DNA of 64,000 nt. Origin: an uncultured Candidatus Rokubacteria bacterium. GTDB lineage: Bacteria > Methylomirabilota > Methylomirabilia > Rokubacteriales > DASRDR01. Under the pieces are notes generated by a model that saw only the letters and a program-made list of their open reading frames with translations, was not told the DNA's origin and made no database searches. The stretch lies in NCBI GenBank assembly GCA_963708025.1, contig CAVPSB010000014.1, forward strand, positions 224,001 to 288,000. Direction: 5' to 3'. A program made the translations under genes and the position numbers. Shown one piece after another: positions 28,733 to 39,449 of the stretch. Position 1 is the stretch's first letter. Each line of letters opens with the position of its first letter.

Positions 28733-31312
28733 ATGAGCTATCGCTTGCCGACGAGCGTCGTGCCGAGCCGGTACGACATCCGCCTCGAGCCCGACCTCCA
28801 GACCGGCAGCTTCGCCGGCGAGGAGACCGTCACCGTCACCATCCGCGAGCCGGTCAACGAGATCGTGCTGAACGCGGCGGACCTGGCCATCCGGTCGGTC
28901 GCGATCCAGGGCGCGGGGAACCGCACCCTCGAGGGCACCGCCACCCTGGAGCCCGAGACCGAGCGCGCGCGGCTCCGGTTCCCGGCGCGGCTCGACCCCG
29001 GAGAGTGGCGGCTGACCCTCGGCTTCACCGGCATCCTCAACGACCAGCTCCACGGCTTCTACCGGAGCACCTGGAAGGACGCGGCGGGAGCCGTTCACAC
29101 GATGGCCGCCACCCAGTTCGAGGCGGTGGATGCCCGGCGGGCGTTCCCGTGCTGGGACGAGCCGGCGTGCAAGGCCGTGTTCGCGGTGACCCTGGTGGTC
29201 CCCGACGGCTACACCGGCGTCTCCAACACGCGAGTCGTGAGCGAGCGGCCGGCCGGGCCCGGGCGGCGGGCGGTCGCCTTCGCCGACACGATCCGCATGT
29301 CGACGTACCTCGTCGCCTTCTTCGTCGGCGAGCTGGAGGCGACCGAGCCCGTCATGGTGGGGCCGACGCCGCTGCGGATCTGGTGCGTGCCGGGCAAGCG
29401 GCACCTCGCGCGCTTCGCCCAGGAGGCCGGCGTCTTCAGCCTCCGCTTCTTCGAGGACTACTACGGCATCCCGTACCCCGGCGACAAGCTCGACCTCCTC
29501 GGCATCCCCGACTTCGCCTCGGGCGCCATGGAGAACCTGGGTGCCATCACGTTCCGGGAGACCGCGCTCCTGGTGGACGAGGCGGCCGCCTCCCACGTCG
29601 AGCTGGAGCGCATCGCCGACGTCGTGGCTCACGAGGTCGCCCACATGTGGTTCGGGGACCTCGCCACCATGGCCTGGTGGAACGGGATCTGGCTCAACGA
29701 GGCGTTCGCCACCTTCATGGAGATGGTAGCCGTCGATTCCTGGAAGCCCGAGTGGGAGCGCTGGGTGAACTTCGGGGTCTCCCGCGCGGCCGCCTTCGGC
29801 GTGGACGGGCTCCGGGCCTCGCGGCCCATCGAGTTCCCGGTCGAGGCGCCGCGCGACTGTGAGGCGATGTTCGATCTCCTGACCTACGAGAAGGGCGCCT
29901 CCGTCCTCCGGATGCTCGAGCAGTACCTCGGGCCCGACACCTTCCGGGACGGCGTGCGGCTCTACCTGCGACGCCACGCCTACGCCAACGCCGAGACCAC
30001 CGACCTTTGGCGGGCCCTCGGCGATGCGGCCGGCCAGCCGATCCCCGAGATCATGGACGGCTGGGTCTTCCAGCCGGGCTACCCGCTGGTGACGGTGGAG
30101 GAGAGTCAGGGCGGGCTGCGCCTGACGCAGCGCCGGTTCACCTACCTCGAGGCCGAGACCCCACCGGAGGAACGCTGGCGGGTGCCCATGATCCTTCGTA
30201 CCTCGGTCGGCGGCCGGTCGGTCGAGCGGCGACTGCTCCTCGATGCCGCCGGCGCGGAGGTCCCCCTCGAGGGTCCGGTCGAGTGGGTGGTGGCCAACGC
30301 CGGCGGCCACGGCTTCTACCGGGTGGGCTACGCCGCCGCCCTGCGGGAGCGTCTGCTGGCGGCGCTGGCCGGCCTCGCTCCCATCGAGCGCTTCGACCTG
30401 GCGAGCGACCTGTTCGCGCTCTGCCAGGCCGGCATGCTGCCGGCCGTCGAGTATCTCGATCTCACCGCGCGGTTCCGCGAGGAGACCGACCGGAACGTGT
30501 GGATGGTGGTGATCGGGGCCTTCGGTTACGTGAATCGCGTCATCGACGACGCCGTCCGGCCCGGCCTCGCCGCGCTGGCGCGTGACCGGCTGCGGGCGGC
30601 CGTCGCCCGGCTCGGCTGGGAGCCACGGCCCGGCGAGCGCGAGCTCGACCGCCAGCTCCGGGGCGACCTGATCCGGGCCCTCGGCACGCTCGGCGACGAC
30701 CCCGAGATCCAGGCGGAGGCGCGCCGCCGCTACGCGCGCTACCGCGAGGACGAGTCGGCCCTCGACCCCAACGTGCTCCCGGCGGTGATCGCGGTCCTGG
30801 CCGCCAGCGGCGGCGAGGCCGAGTACGCAGAGTTCCTCGAGCGCTTCCGCCGCGCGCGGACGCCGCAGGAGGAACAGCGCTATCTCTACGCGCTGGCCGG
30901 ATTCCGGCGGCCGGCCATCCTCGCCCAGACCCTCGACCGCGCCCTCAGCGCCGAGATCCGGAGCCAGGACGCGCCGTTCGTGGTCCGCGCGCTCCTGGCC
31001 AGCGTCTACGGGCGCGGGCTGGCCTGGGAGTTCGTCAAGGCCCACTGGCAGACGATGGCCCGCCTCTACCCACCGAGCGCGTACCGCCGGATGTACGAGG
31101 GGGTGACGGCGCTGATCAGCCCGGCGTGGGAGCAGGAGGTGCGGGCCTTCTTCGCGACGAACGGCATCCAGCTCGGCGGCAAGACCCTCGAGCAGTACCT
31201 GGAGCAGCTCCGCGCCGGCGTCCGCTTCCAGGAGCGCGAAGGCGCCGCCCTCTCCGCGTACCTGACGCGACTCCTTTCACCCTCTCCCCCCGCGGGGGAG
31301 AGGGCAGGGTGA
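28733..31312 (+). CDS. pepN: M1 family zinc aminopeptidase with ERAP1-like C-terminal domain
   Basis: TQFEAVDARRAFPCWDEP, GAMEN, HEVAH-X18-E (WLNEAFA), YEKGA. Confidence 0.93.
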   Translation: MSYRLPTSVVPSRYDIRLEPDLQTGSFAGEETVTVTIREPVNEIVLNAADLAIRSVAIQGAGNRTLEGTATLEPETERARLRFPARLDPGEWRLTLGFTGILNDQLHGFYRSTWKDAAGAVHTMAATQFEAVDARRAFPCWDEPACKAVFAVTLVVPDGYTGVSNTRVVSERPAGPGRRAVAFADTIRMSTYLVAFFVGELEATEPVMVGPTPLRIWCVPGKRHLARFAQEAGVFSLRFFEDYYGIPYPGDKLDLLGIPDFASGAMENLGAITFRETALLVDEAAASHVELERIADVVAHEVAHMWFGDLATMAWWNGIWLNEAFATFMEMVAVDSWKPEWERWVNFGVSRAAAFGVDGLRASRPIEFPVEAPRDCEAMFDLLTYEKGASVLRMLEQYLGPDTFRDGVRLYLRRHAYANAETTDLWRALGDAAGQPIPEIMDGWVFQPGYPLVTVEESQGGLRLTQRRFTYLEAETPPEERWRVPMILRTSVGGRSVERRLLLDAAGAEVPLEGPVEWVVANAGGHGFYRVGYAAALRERLLAALAGLAPIERFDLASDLFALCQAGMLPAVEYLDLTARFREETDRNVWMVVIGAFGYVNRVIDDAVRPGLAALARDRLRAAVARLGWEPRPGERELDRQLRGDLIRALGTLGDDPEIQAEARRRYARYREDESALDPNVLPAVIAVLAASGGEAEYAEFLERFRRARTPQEEQRYLYALAGFRRPAILAQTLDRALSAEIRSQDAPFVVRALLASVYGRGLAWEFVKAHWQTMARLYPPSAYRRMYEGVTALISPAWEQEVRAFFATNGIQLGGKTLEQYLEQLRAGVRFQEREGAALSAYLTRLLSPSPPAGERAG

Positions 31313-31317
31313 GGGGT
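31277..31317. repeat. REP-like palindrome, family A, overlapping the pepN stop codon
   Basis: TCACCCTCTCCCCCGCGGGGGAGAGGGCAGGGTGAGGGG. Confidence 0.78.
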
Positions 31318-31324
31318 GTCTTCG

Positions 31325-32312
31325 ATGCCCCGCCGGCTGCGCGTCCACGTCGAGAACGACCCGCACGCCAACCCGGTCTTCGAGGTCACGCCCGAGCGGT
31401 TCGCGGCGGCCGCGAAGCGCCACGCCGCGGTCGCCCGCCGGCTCGCGGTCACCTACGGCGACCAGCCCGGCGAGCCCCATCCCGACCTCCTGACGGCCGA
31501 GGTGCTGATGACCGGCCACGTGGGGGAGCAGGACCTGGCGGCGCGCGCGCCGAAGCTCCGGTGGCTCCAGTCCACCAACGCGGGCGTCGAGGACGTGCTG
31601 CCCATCCTGCCGGCGGGCGTCGTCCTCACCAACGCCAGCGGGGTCCACGGGCCCAAGGGCGCCCAGTTCGCGCTGACCGCGCTCCTCATGCTGAACCACG
31701 CCGTCCCCTACTTCGTGACCCGCCAGCGCGAGCGGCGCTGGGAGCCCCGGTTCACCTCGACCATCGAGGGACGGACGCTGGTGGTCGTCGGCGTCGGCGC
31801 CCTCGGGGCCGAGGTGGCGCGGGTGGCCCGCCGGTTCGGGCTGCGGGTCTTCGGCGTGCGACGGGGCGGCCGGCCGCCATCGCGCGGTGGAGCGGGTGTA
31901 CCCGCCGGAGCAGCTCGACCGGGTGCTGCCCCGCGCCGACTTCCTGGTGGTGACGCTGCCCCTGACCCCGGAGACGCGCGGACTGATCGGCCGGAAGCAG
32001 CTCGACCTCCTGCCGTCCCACGCGGGGGTCGTGAACCTGGGCCGCGGCCCGGTCATCGACAACGCGGCGCTGGCGGAAAAGCTGGAGCGGGGCGAGCTGG
32101 CGGGCGCCGTCCTGGACGTCGTCGACGAGGAGCCGCTGCCGCCAGGCTCGCCGCTCTGGACGACGCCGAACCTGGTCATCACGCCGCACTGCGCGGTGGA
32201 CGACGGCGTGCGCTACGTGGCGCGCTGCCTCGACCTCTTCTTCGACAACGCGCGACGCTACCTGGCCGGGCGGCCGCTCCGGAACCGCGTCGACCGCGCC
32301 CGCGGCTACTGA
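31325..32312 (+). CDS. D-isomer 2-hydroxyacid dehydrogenase (frameshift ~31880)
   Basis: NASGVHG, GVGALG, LPLTPETRGL, NLGRG, LDV..EPLP, TPH. Confidence 0.88.
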
Positions 32313-32325
32313 CGCGGACCTCCCG

Positions 32326-33481
32326 GTGACCACGCTTCCCGCCACCCTCGGCTGGCTCAACCCGACCCGGCTCGTCTACGGGGCCGGCGTGCTCGGCCGG
32401 CTGCCCGAGCTGGCCGACGAGGTCGCCGGCGCGACGGCCCCGGTGTTCCTGGTCACGGGACGGAAGAGCCTCCGGGCGAGCGGCGCGCTCCAGCGCGTGC
32501 TCGATGGCCTCGGCCCCGGGCGGGTCACGCTGTTCGACGACGTGCCCCCGTTCCCGTCGCCCGACGTCGCCGAGCGGGCGCTGGCCGCCCTGCGGGCGAG
32601 CCGCGCCGGGCTGGTGGTCGGGATCGGCGGCGGCAGCGCCCTGGATGTGGCGAAGGCGGCGGCGATCCTGGCCACCCACGACGGTCGCGCGAGCGAGTTC
32701 GCGATGGGGCAGGGGATCACCCCGACGCGGATGTTCGAGCGACCGGGGCTTCCCGTGATCGCCGTCGCCCACCACCTCGGGCAGCAGCAGCGAGGTGACG
32801 CCGTTCGCCGCGCTGTGGGACATCGAGGCGAAGCGCTCGCTCCACCTGGCCAACCCGCGCCTCTTCCCGGCGGTCGCGCTGGTGGACCCGGAGCTGGCCC
32901 TCGGGATGACGGCGGACCTGGCGGCGGTGACCGGGGCGGACGCCTTCACCAGCGCGTTCGAGTCGTACTGGTCACGCGAGGCCGGGCCGATCTCGGACGC
33001 GCTGAACCTGGAGGTGATCCGGCTCTACGCCGCCCACCTCGAGCACTCCTGCCGGGAGGCCGACCGGGAGGCGCGCGCCGCCTGCGCGCTGGCGGCCACG
33101 GTGTCGGGAATCGCCTACAGCAACAGCCGGCCCAACGTCTGCCACGCCGTGTCGAGCCCGCTGACCATCTTCTGGGGCGTCGCCCACGGCCAGGCGGTCG
33201 CCATCACCCTGCCGGCGTTCCTCCGCTGGAACGCACCGGCCATCGCCGACAAGCTCCCGGCACTCTGGCAAGCGCTGGGGGTGGCGGATCTCGACGCGGC
33301 AGCCGATCGTCTCACCCGCCTCCTCGACCGCTGCGGGCTCGCGACGCGCCTGGGCCAGCTCGGGCTCGGCGAGGGTGACGTCGAGACCCTGGTGACCCAC
33401 ATGCGCTGGGACCGCACCGCCGTCCTGCCCCGCCCGCTCGGCCGCGACGACGCCCGCACGCTCTTCCGCGCCCTGCTCTAG
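32326..33481 (+). CDS. iron-containing alcohol dehydrogenase family (frameshift ~32770)
   Basis: GIGGGSALDVAKA, TTSG..SEVT, DAFTSAFES, CHAVS...HG. Confidence 0.85.
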
Positions 33482-33530
33482 CGACACCCAGGGGTTTACC
33501 CCCCGGGTGTTTCCCCTCGCGAGTTTCCCC

Positions 33531-33559
33531 TTGACACGCCCCGAGCCTGCCGCTAGCTT
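33531..33559 (+). promoter_or_regulatory. sigma70-type promoter preceded by repeated TTT(A/C)CCC motifs
   Basis: TTGACA-N17-TAGCTT. GTTTACCC, GTTTCCCC and GTTTCCCC lie at ~33494-33530. Confidence 0.55.
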
Positions 33560-33738
33560 CATGCCACTCCCTCGACCGACACTGGCCCGGCGTCCCTGGC
33601 GGGAGGGCCCATGCCTACGGGACTGCCTCTCGGATCCAGTTCGTTCGACCGTGTGGCTCTTCTGGCTTACACGGCATCTCCATCGTCCGCTCCCAATTCT
33701 AGCCGTCCGGCAAAACCTCAAAGAGGGGGGATCCAGCG

Positions 33739-34239
33739 ATGAAACGGCCGACGCGCGACCAGCGTACGATGACGCTCTACGCCGCCCTCGTGGCGGGCCT
33801 CATGCTCATTGCGAGCTGCGGTGGTGGTGGTGGAGGCGGTGGCGGCGCCACGACGAGCACGTTGACGAACGCCCCGGTGGTGACGAACTTCCGGATCGTG
33901 GCCTTGACCGCCGAGAAGGCGAACACGGCGAACCGGTATCAGATCACGGCGACCGTGACCGATCCGAACAACGACCTGCTCGGCGGACAGGTCGAGGTGA
34001 ACGACGGCACGAAAACCCTGACGATTGCGATCAGTGCCGGCACCCTTCAGGGAAACACGGTCGGCGTCATCCTGTTCACGAACCCGGTTCCGGCAGGGAC
34101 GTACCAGCTGACCTTCACCGTTGTCGATGCCGCCGGGAATCGTTCGAACGTGATCACCTTCTCCCTCACGATCACCCCGGAGGCCGCTCATCCGAGCGGG
34201 AACGACGGGATCTTGCAACAGCTCCTACCGGCTCGCTGA
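33739..34239 (+). CDS. lipoprotein with poly-Gly linker and Ig-like beta domain
   Basis: IASC-GGGGGGGGG, Thr-rich beta sequence, VVDAAGNRS. Confidence 0.72.
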   Translation: MKRPTRDQRTMTLYAALVAGLMLIASCGGGGGGGGGATTSTLTNAPVVTNFRIVALTAEKANTANRYQITATVTDPNNDLLGGQVEVNDGTKTLTIAISAGTLQGNTVGVILFTNPVPAGTYQLTFTVVDAAGNRSNVITFSLTITPEAAHPSGNDGILQQLLPAR

Positions 34240-34250
34240 CCCCGCCGTGA

Positions 34251-34292
34251 GCCCACCCCTCTCCCTCCCACCGGAAGGGAGAGGGGTGGGGG
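34251..34292. repeat. REP-like palindrome, family A variant
   Basis: CCCACCCCTCTCCCT-CCACCGGA-AGGGAGAGGGGTGGG between convergent genes. Confidence 0.7.
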
Positions 34293-35630
34293 CTATGCTT
34301 TCCCCGCCACGACGTCGCCGAGCGAGGCCTCGAAGAGGTCGAGCAGCTCGTCCGTCTCCGCCGCCGAGATCGTCAGCGGCGGCGCCAGGGCCACCATCCA
34401 GTGGCTGGCCCGGAGGAGGAGGCCCCGGCGCCGTGCGGCCTCGCGGACGCGGAGGCCGAACTGCTCCTCCACCGGGAAGCGCCGGCGGCTGGCCGCGTCC
34501 TCGACGAACTCGACCCCGATCAGGAGGCCCTCGCCCCGGACGTCGCCGATCACCGGGTAGCGCTGCTGGAGCTCGCGGAGGCGGGCCTGCGCCTGGGCCC
34601 CGCGGGCCTTGGCGTTCTCGACGACGCGCTCCTCGGCGATCTGGCGCATGGCGGCCAGGCCCACCGCGCAGGCCACCGGGTTCCCGCCGTAGGTGTGGCC
34701 GGCGTGGAACTGGACGCCCTCGGACGCCTTCCCGAAGAAGGTCTGCGCCACGCGGCCGGTCAGCACGTTGGCCGACAGCGGGGCGTAGCCGCCGCTCATC
34801 CCCTTGCCGAGGCAGAAGATGTCGGGCCAGGCGTTCCAGTGCTCGGCGGCGAACAGCGTGCCCGTCCGCCCGAAGCCGGTGATGATCTCGTCGTAGATCA
34901 GCAGGATGCCGTAGCGGTCGCAGAGCGCGCGGATCCGCGGCAGGTAGTCCGCCGGCGGGACCACGACGCCGGCCGACATCAGGATCGGCTCGGTGATGAA
35001 GGCGGCGATCGTCTCCGGCCCCTCCAGCTCGATGACTTCCTCGGCCAGCCGGGCGTAGGTCGCGCCGAGGCTCTCCGGCGACCCGGGGAACGGCGGCCGG
35101 TAGGGGTCGGGGGTGTGGAGGTGGATGAAGCCGGCCGGGAGCGGCTCGTAGGCGGCGCGCCAGCCCGGCCAGCCGCCGGCGGCCAGCGCGTGGCCGGTAC
35201 CGCCGTGGTAGGCGCGGTAGTGCGAGAGCACCTTGTAGCGCGTCGCGGCGCCGGTCTGCTTGTGGTACTGGCGGGCCATCTTGATGGCGGCCTCGGTCAC
35301 CTCGGAGCCGCCCGACAGGAGCTTCACCATGGTGTACTGCTTCGGCATCACGTCGAGCAGCGCCTTCACCAGCTCCAGCGCGCGGTCGCTGGTCCCGAGG
35401 GTCGGGATGGCGAGGGCCAGCCGCTCGTACTGGCGGGTGGCCGCCTCGGCCAGGGCCTTGTTGCCGTGGCCCAGGTTCACGCAGAAGGTGCCCGACAGCC
35501 CGTCGATGTAGCGCCGGCCGTCCACGTCGGTGATGTGGATCCCGCGCCCCTCGGTGATGATCAGCGGGTTCTCGGCGAAGTCCTTCATCGGCAGGAAGTC
35601 GACCATGATGTGCCGCGCCAGCTCTTTCAT
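34293..35630 (-). CDS. class III PLP-dependent aminotransferase
   Basis: YIDGLSG, GGSEVTE, FITEPI, YDEIITGFGRTG, LGKGMSGGY, GHTYGGNP. Confidence 0.92.
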   Translation of the reverse strand: MKELARHIMVDFLPMKDFAENPLIITEGRGIHITDVDGRRYIDGLSGTFCVNLGHGNKALAEAATRQYERLALAIPTLGTSDRALELVKALLDVMPKQYTMVKLLSGGSEVTEAAIKMARQYHKQTGAATRYKVLSHYRAYHGGTGHALAAGGWPGWRAAYEPLPAGFIHLHTPDPYRPPFPGSPESLGATYARLAEEVIELEGPETIAAFITEPILMSAGVVVPPADYLPRIRALCDRYGILLIYDEIITGFGRTGTLFAAEHWNAWPDIFCLGKGMSGGYAPLSANVLTGRVAQTFFGKASEGVQFHAGHTYGGNPVACAVGLAAMRQIAEERVVENAKARGAQAQARLRELQQRYPVIGDVRGEGLLIGVEFVEDAASRRRFPVEEQFGLRVREAARRRGLLLRASHWMVALAPPLTISAAETDELLDLFEASLGDVVAGKA

Positions 35631-35769
35631 CGGGCCTCCCCCGGCTTGTTGAGGCGTCGCGCCACTGCTATAGTTGGGCGTCTGTTGCGCGGACGCACGA
35701 TGCCCCGGAAGTGTGGCCAGCGTAGCACACTTGGCGAAGTCTGAAATCCGGGTTCTCGCGAGGAGGATC

Positions 35770-37384
35770 ATGAGGATCATCATCAAGCGCGCGCTCGCAT
35801 GTGTCGGCCTCGTTCTGGTGGTGCTGGTGATCGGCGGGGTCTTCCAGCCGGTGACCGGACAGCCGGCCGGCGGTGGGAAGACCCTCATCATGGCGCTCGA
35901 ACAGTCGGACGTGAAGACGCTCGACCCGGGCCGGGAGTTCGAGTACGGGGCGGCGTTCGTTTGCCTCAACGCCTACGACACCCTCGTCGCCCACAAGAGC
36001 CCGAAAGACCTCAACACCTTCGTGCCGGTGCTGGCGACCGAGTGGAAGGTCTCGTCGGACGGCAAGGAGTACACGTTCAAGCTCCGGCCGAACGTCAAGC
36101 ACGCGAGCGGCAACCCGTTCACGGCCGAGGACGTGAAGTTCAGTCTGACCCGCCTCAAGACCCTCAAGGGCAACCCGGGCTGGATGATGGATCCGCTCAA
36201 GGAGGTCGTCGTCGTCGACCCGATGACGGTCAAGACCGTCCTCAACGAATCGTTCGCCGACTGGCTGCCGGTGCTCGCGGGCCCGAACTCGGCCATCATG
36301 GACTCGAAGCTCGCCAGGGAGCACGGCGCCAGCGACTCGCCGACCGCGGACAAGGACGACAAGGCCGAGGAATGGCTGAACCAGAACTCGGCGGGCGGTG
36401 GCCCGTTCATCCTCCGGGGCTGGCAGAAGAACAACGTCATCACCATGGAGCGGAACCCCAACTACTGGAAGGGCCCGGCCAAGATCGCGAAGATCGAGAT
36501 CCGTGACGTGCCGTCGCCGGCCACCCAGAAGCTCATGGTCGAGAACGGCGACGTCGACGTGGCCGTCAACATCACGCCGGACCTCACCGCCGCCATGCGC
36601 AGCAACAAGAACGTCAAGGTCCAGATCGGGCAATCGCTCGACAACATGTACATGGGGCTGACGGTGGATCCGGCGCTCCACCCGGAGCTGGCCAAGAAGG
36701 AGGTCCGCCAGGCCATCCGCCACGCGGTCGACCGCGACGGGATCATCAAGCTCACCAACGGCCGCGCGGTCATCGGCCCCGCCGTCTATCCCGATCGGCG
36801 TCCTCGGCCTCGAGACCCAGGCCGACGCCGACCGGCTGAACCCCAAGAACGACCTGAAGCTGGCCAAGGAGCTGCTGGCGAAGGCCGGGGTGCCGAACGG
36901 CTTCAAGTTCCCCCTCAAGTACGGCACCGGCGCCTCGCCGGCCGGCATCACCTACGAGTCGATCGCCCAGAAGATCCAGTCCGACCTGAAGAAGGTCGGG
37001 ATCGAGGTCCAGCTGGTCCCGGTGGAGTTCTCGGTGATGATGACGGCGTACCGGGCCAAGGGCGAGATCGCGGTCATCTCCTACAACCAGCCGGACTACA
37101 TCGGGGCCAGCGACTTCACGGGCCAGATGATCCTCCACACCTGGGCGCCGCGGCTCCGCTTTGACGATCCGAAGGCCAAGGAGATGGCGAAGAAGGCCGA
37201 TGCGGAGCTCGACCAGAAGCGACGGTCGGCGATGTACAAGGAGCTCCTCGCCTACATGGTCGAGAACGGCCCCTACGTCAACCTGGTCCAGGGCAAGGCC
37301 GAGGTCGTCGTGCGGCCGAACATCGAGGGGTACGAGTACTTGCCCCTGGGAGCCGCGCGCATCTACCCGGTCGTCAAGAACTAG
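35770..37384 (+). CDS. ABC substrate-binding protein family 5 (frameshift ~36790)
   Basis: Signal peptide, TLDP, FKLRPNVK..SGNPFTAEDVKFS, GGGPF, VRQAI. AGGAGG RBS. Confidence 0.9.
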
Positions 37385-37396
37385 CGTTCCAGTCCG

Positions 37397-37492
37397 CTCC
37401 CTCTTTCTACCAGGGCGAGGATCGAGGTGAGGGTTTGCAGCGCCGCGTGGTCTGTCCCTCACCCTGACCCTGTCCCCCGGCAGGGGAGAGGG
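37397..37492. repeat. two degenerate family A REP-like units
   Basis: CTCCCTCTTTCTACCAGGGCGAGGATCGAGGTGAGGG and CCCTCACCCTGACCCTGTCCCC..GGGGAGAGGG, between the SBP and permease genes. Confidence 0.65.
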
Positions 37493-37512
37493 AAGTGCGA
37501 CGTCAAGGTTAG

Positions 37513-38526
37513 ATGGCTCAGTACGTTTCGCGGCGCCTCGGGCTCCTGCTGGTGTCGGTGCTCGGGGTGACCCTGATCTCGTTCCTCATCGCCCACGCCG
37601 TCCCCGCCGACCCGATCGTCTCGAACCTCGGCCAGCAGGCCTCCCAGCGGCCCGAGATCGTCAAGGCGTTCAAGGAGAAGTGGGGGCTGGACCGGCCGCT
37701 CCACATCCAGTACCTCGCGTTCCTCGGCAACCTCCTGCAAGGGGAAATGGGAACCTCCATCAACACGCGGCGGGCGATCACGAAGGACCTCGCTCACTTC
37801 CTGCCGGCGACGCTGGAGCTGGCGACCACGGCGGTGCTCTTCGCGCTTGCGGTCGGGGTGCCGCTCGGCGTGGTGGCGGCCATCCGGCGCGACGGCCCGG
37901 TGGATCACGTGGCGCGTCTGGTGTCGCTGATCGGCGTGTCGATTCCCATCTTCTGGCTGGCCACCGCCTCGCTCGTCCTGTTCTACGCCACGCTCCACTG
38001 GACGGTGGGGCCGGGGCGGCTCGGCCCCCAGATCGACTCGCCGCCGCAGCTGACCGGCTTCTTCACGATCGACGCGGCAGTGGCGGGCGAGTGGACCACG
38101 TTCCGGAGCGCGGTCTCGCACCTGGTCCTCCCCGGGCTGGTGCTGGCCAGCTCGGTCCTGGGGCTGGTGACGCGCGTCACGCGCTCGTCGATGCTGGACG
38201 CCCTGTCCCAGGATTACCTGCGCACGGCCCGCGCCAAGGGGATCCCGGAGGTGGGGGTCGTCGCCCGCCACGCCCTCCGCAACGCCCTGATCCCCACCGT
38301 GACCGTCCTCGGGCTGGCCTACGGCGGGCTCCTCTCGGGCGCCGTGATGACGGAGACGATCTTCGCCTGGCCCGGGCTCGGTCGCTACGCCTTCCAGTCG
38401 GCCGTCACCAACGACTTCCCGGCCATCATGGGCGTGACGTTCGTGATCGGTGTCATGTACACGCTCGTGAACCTCGCGGTCGACCTGCTCTACGGCTGGC
38501 TCGATCCCCAGATCCGGTACTCCTGA
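37513..38526 (+). CDS. DppB-like permease
   Basis: PADP, DYLRTARAKG, ETIFAWPGLG. Confidence 0.92.
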   Translation: MAQYVSRRLGLLLVSVLGVTLISFLIAHAVPADPIVSNLGQQASQRPEIVKAFKEKWGLDRPLHIQYLAFLGNLLQGEMGTSINTRRAITKDLAHFLPATLELATTAVLFALAVGVPLGVVAAIRRDGPVDHVARLVSLIGVSIPIFWLATASLVLFYATLHWTVGPGRLGPQIDSPPQLTGFFTIDAAVAGEWTTFRSAVSHLVLPGLVLASSVLGLVTRVTRSSMLDALSQDYLRTARAKGIPEVGVVARHALRNALIPTVTVLGLAYGGLLSGAVMTETIFAWPGLGRYAFQSAVTNDFPAIMGVTFVIGVMYTLVNLAVDLLYGWLDPQIRYS

Positions 38527-38530
38527 CCCC

Positions 38531-39445
38531 ATGGCCACCATCTCGGCGACGTCCGCCACACGTGTGACCCGGAGCGCCTCCCGCGTCGTCGGCGAGGTGG
38601 CATCCCCGCGCAAGGCGGGCCAGGTCTGGCGCCAGCTCGTGCGGAAGCCGACGGCGGTCCTGGGTGCCCTCGTGGTCGTCGCGTGGGTGGCGGCGTCGGC
38701 GCTCGCGCCCACGATCGCCCCCTACGATCCCGTCGACCAGGACCTGGACATCCGGCTGGACGCGCCGTCGGTCGCGCACTGGCTCGGGGCCGACGGCCTC
38801 GGCCGTGACGTGCTGAGCCGGGTCCTGTACGGCGGGCGGGTGTCGCTGCCGGTGGCGGCCGTCGTCGTCGTGGTGGCGTCCATCTTCGGGACCCTGTACG
38901 GGGGACTCGCCGCTTACGTCGGGGGCTGGCCCGACGAGGCGGCGATGCGCGTGGTGGACATGGTGCTGGCCTTCCCGTCGCTGATCCTGGCGATGGCGAT
39001 CGCGGCCGCCCTCGGCCCCAGCATCCAGAACTCCATGTTCGCCCTGCTGGTCGTGTGGTGGCCGCCCTACGCGCGGCTGGCCCGGGGCCAGGTGCTGGCG
39101 CTCAAGGAGCGGGACTTCGTCGCGGCCGCCCAGGCGCTCGGTCTCGGCCAGCGCCGCGTCCTCCTGCGCCACATCCTGCCGAACGCGGTCGCGCCCTCGC
39201 TGGTCCTCATGGCCATGGACGTCGGCAACGCCATCATCATCACGGCGGCGCTGTCGTTCCTGGGCCTCGGGGCCGTCCCGCCGACCCCCGAGTGGGGCGC
39301 CATGGTCTCCGAGGGGCGCGAGCTGGTGGACCAGTGGTGGATCTCGACCGCCCCGGGGGTCGCCATCCTGATGGTCGCCATCGGCTGCAACTTCGTCGGC
39401 GACGCCCTGCGGGACGCCATCGACCCTCGCCTGCGGGTGCGCTGA
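38531..39445 (+). CDS. DppC-like permease
   Basis: GADGLGRDVLSRV, LSFLGLG..PP.PEWG. Confidence 0.92.
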   Translation: MATISATSATRVTRSASRVVGEVASPRKAGQVWRQLVRKPTAVLGALVVVAWVAASALAPTIAPYDPVDQDLDIRLDAPSVAHWLGADGLGRDVLSRVLYGGRVSLPVAAVVVVVASIFGTLYGGLAAYVGGWPDEAAMRVVDMVLAFPSLILAMAIAAALGPSIQNSMFALLVVWWPPYARLARGQVLALKERDFVAAAQALGLGQRRVLLRHILPNAVAPSLVLMAMDVGNAIIITAALSFLGLGAVPPTPEWGAMVSEGRELVDQWWISTAPGVAILMVAIGCNFVGDALRDAIDPRLRVR

Positions 39446-39449
39446 GCTC

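Noticed and set aside
33560-33738. Known riboswitch (c-di-GMP, c-di-AMP, TPP, cobalamin)
   Set aside because: The diagnostic consensus motifs could not be found by eye.
33819-33846. GGT/GGC microsatellite as a phase-variation tract
   Set aside because: It is an in-frame poly-Gly linker after a lipobox Cys with mixed codons, a common feature.
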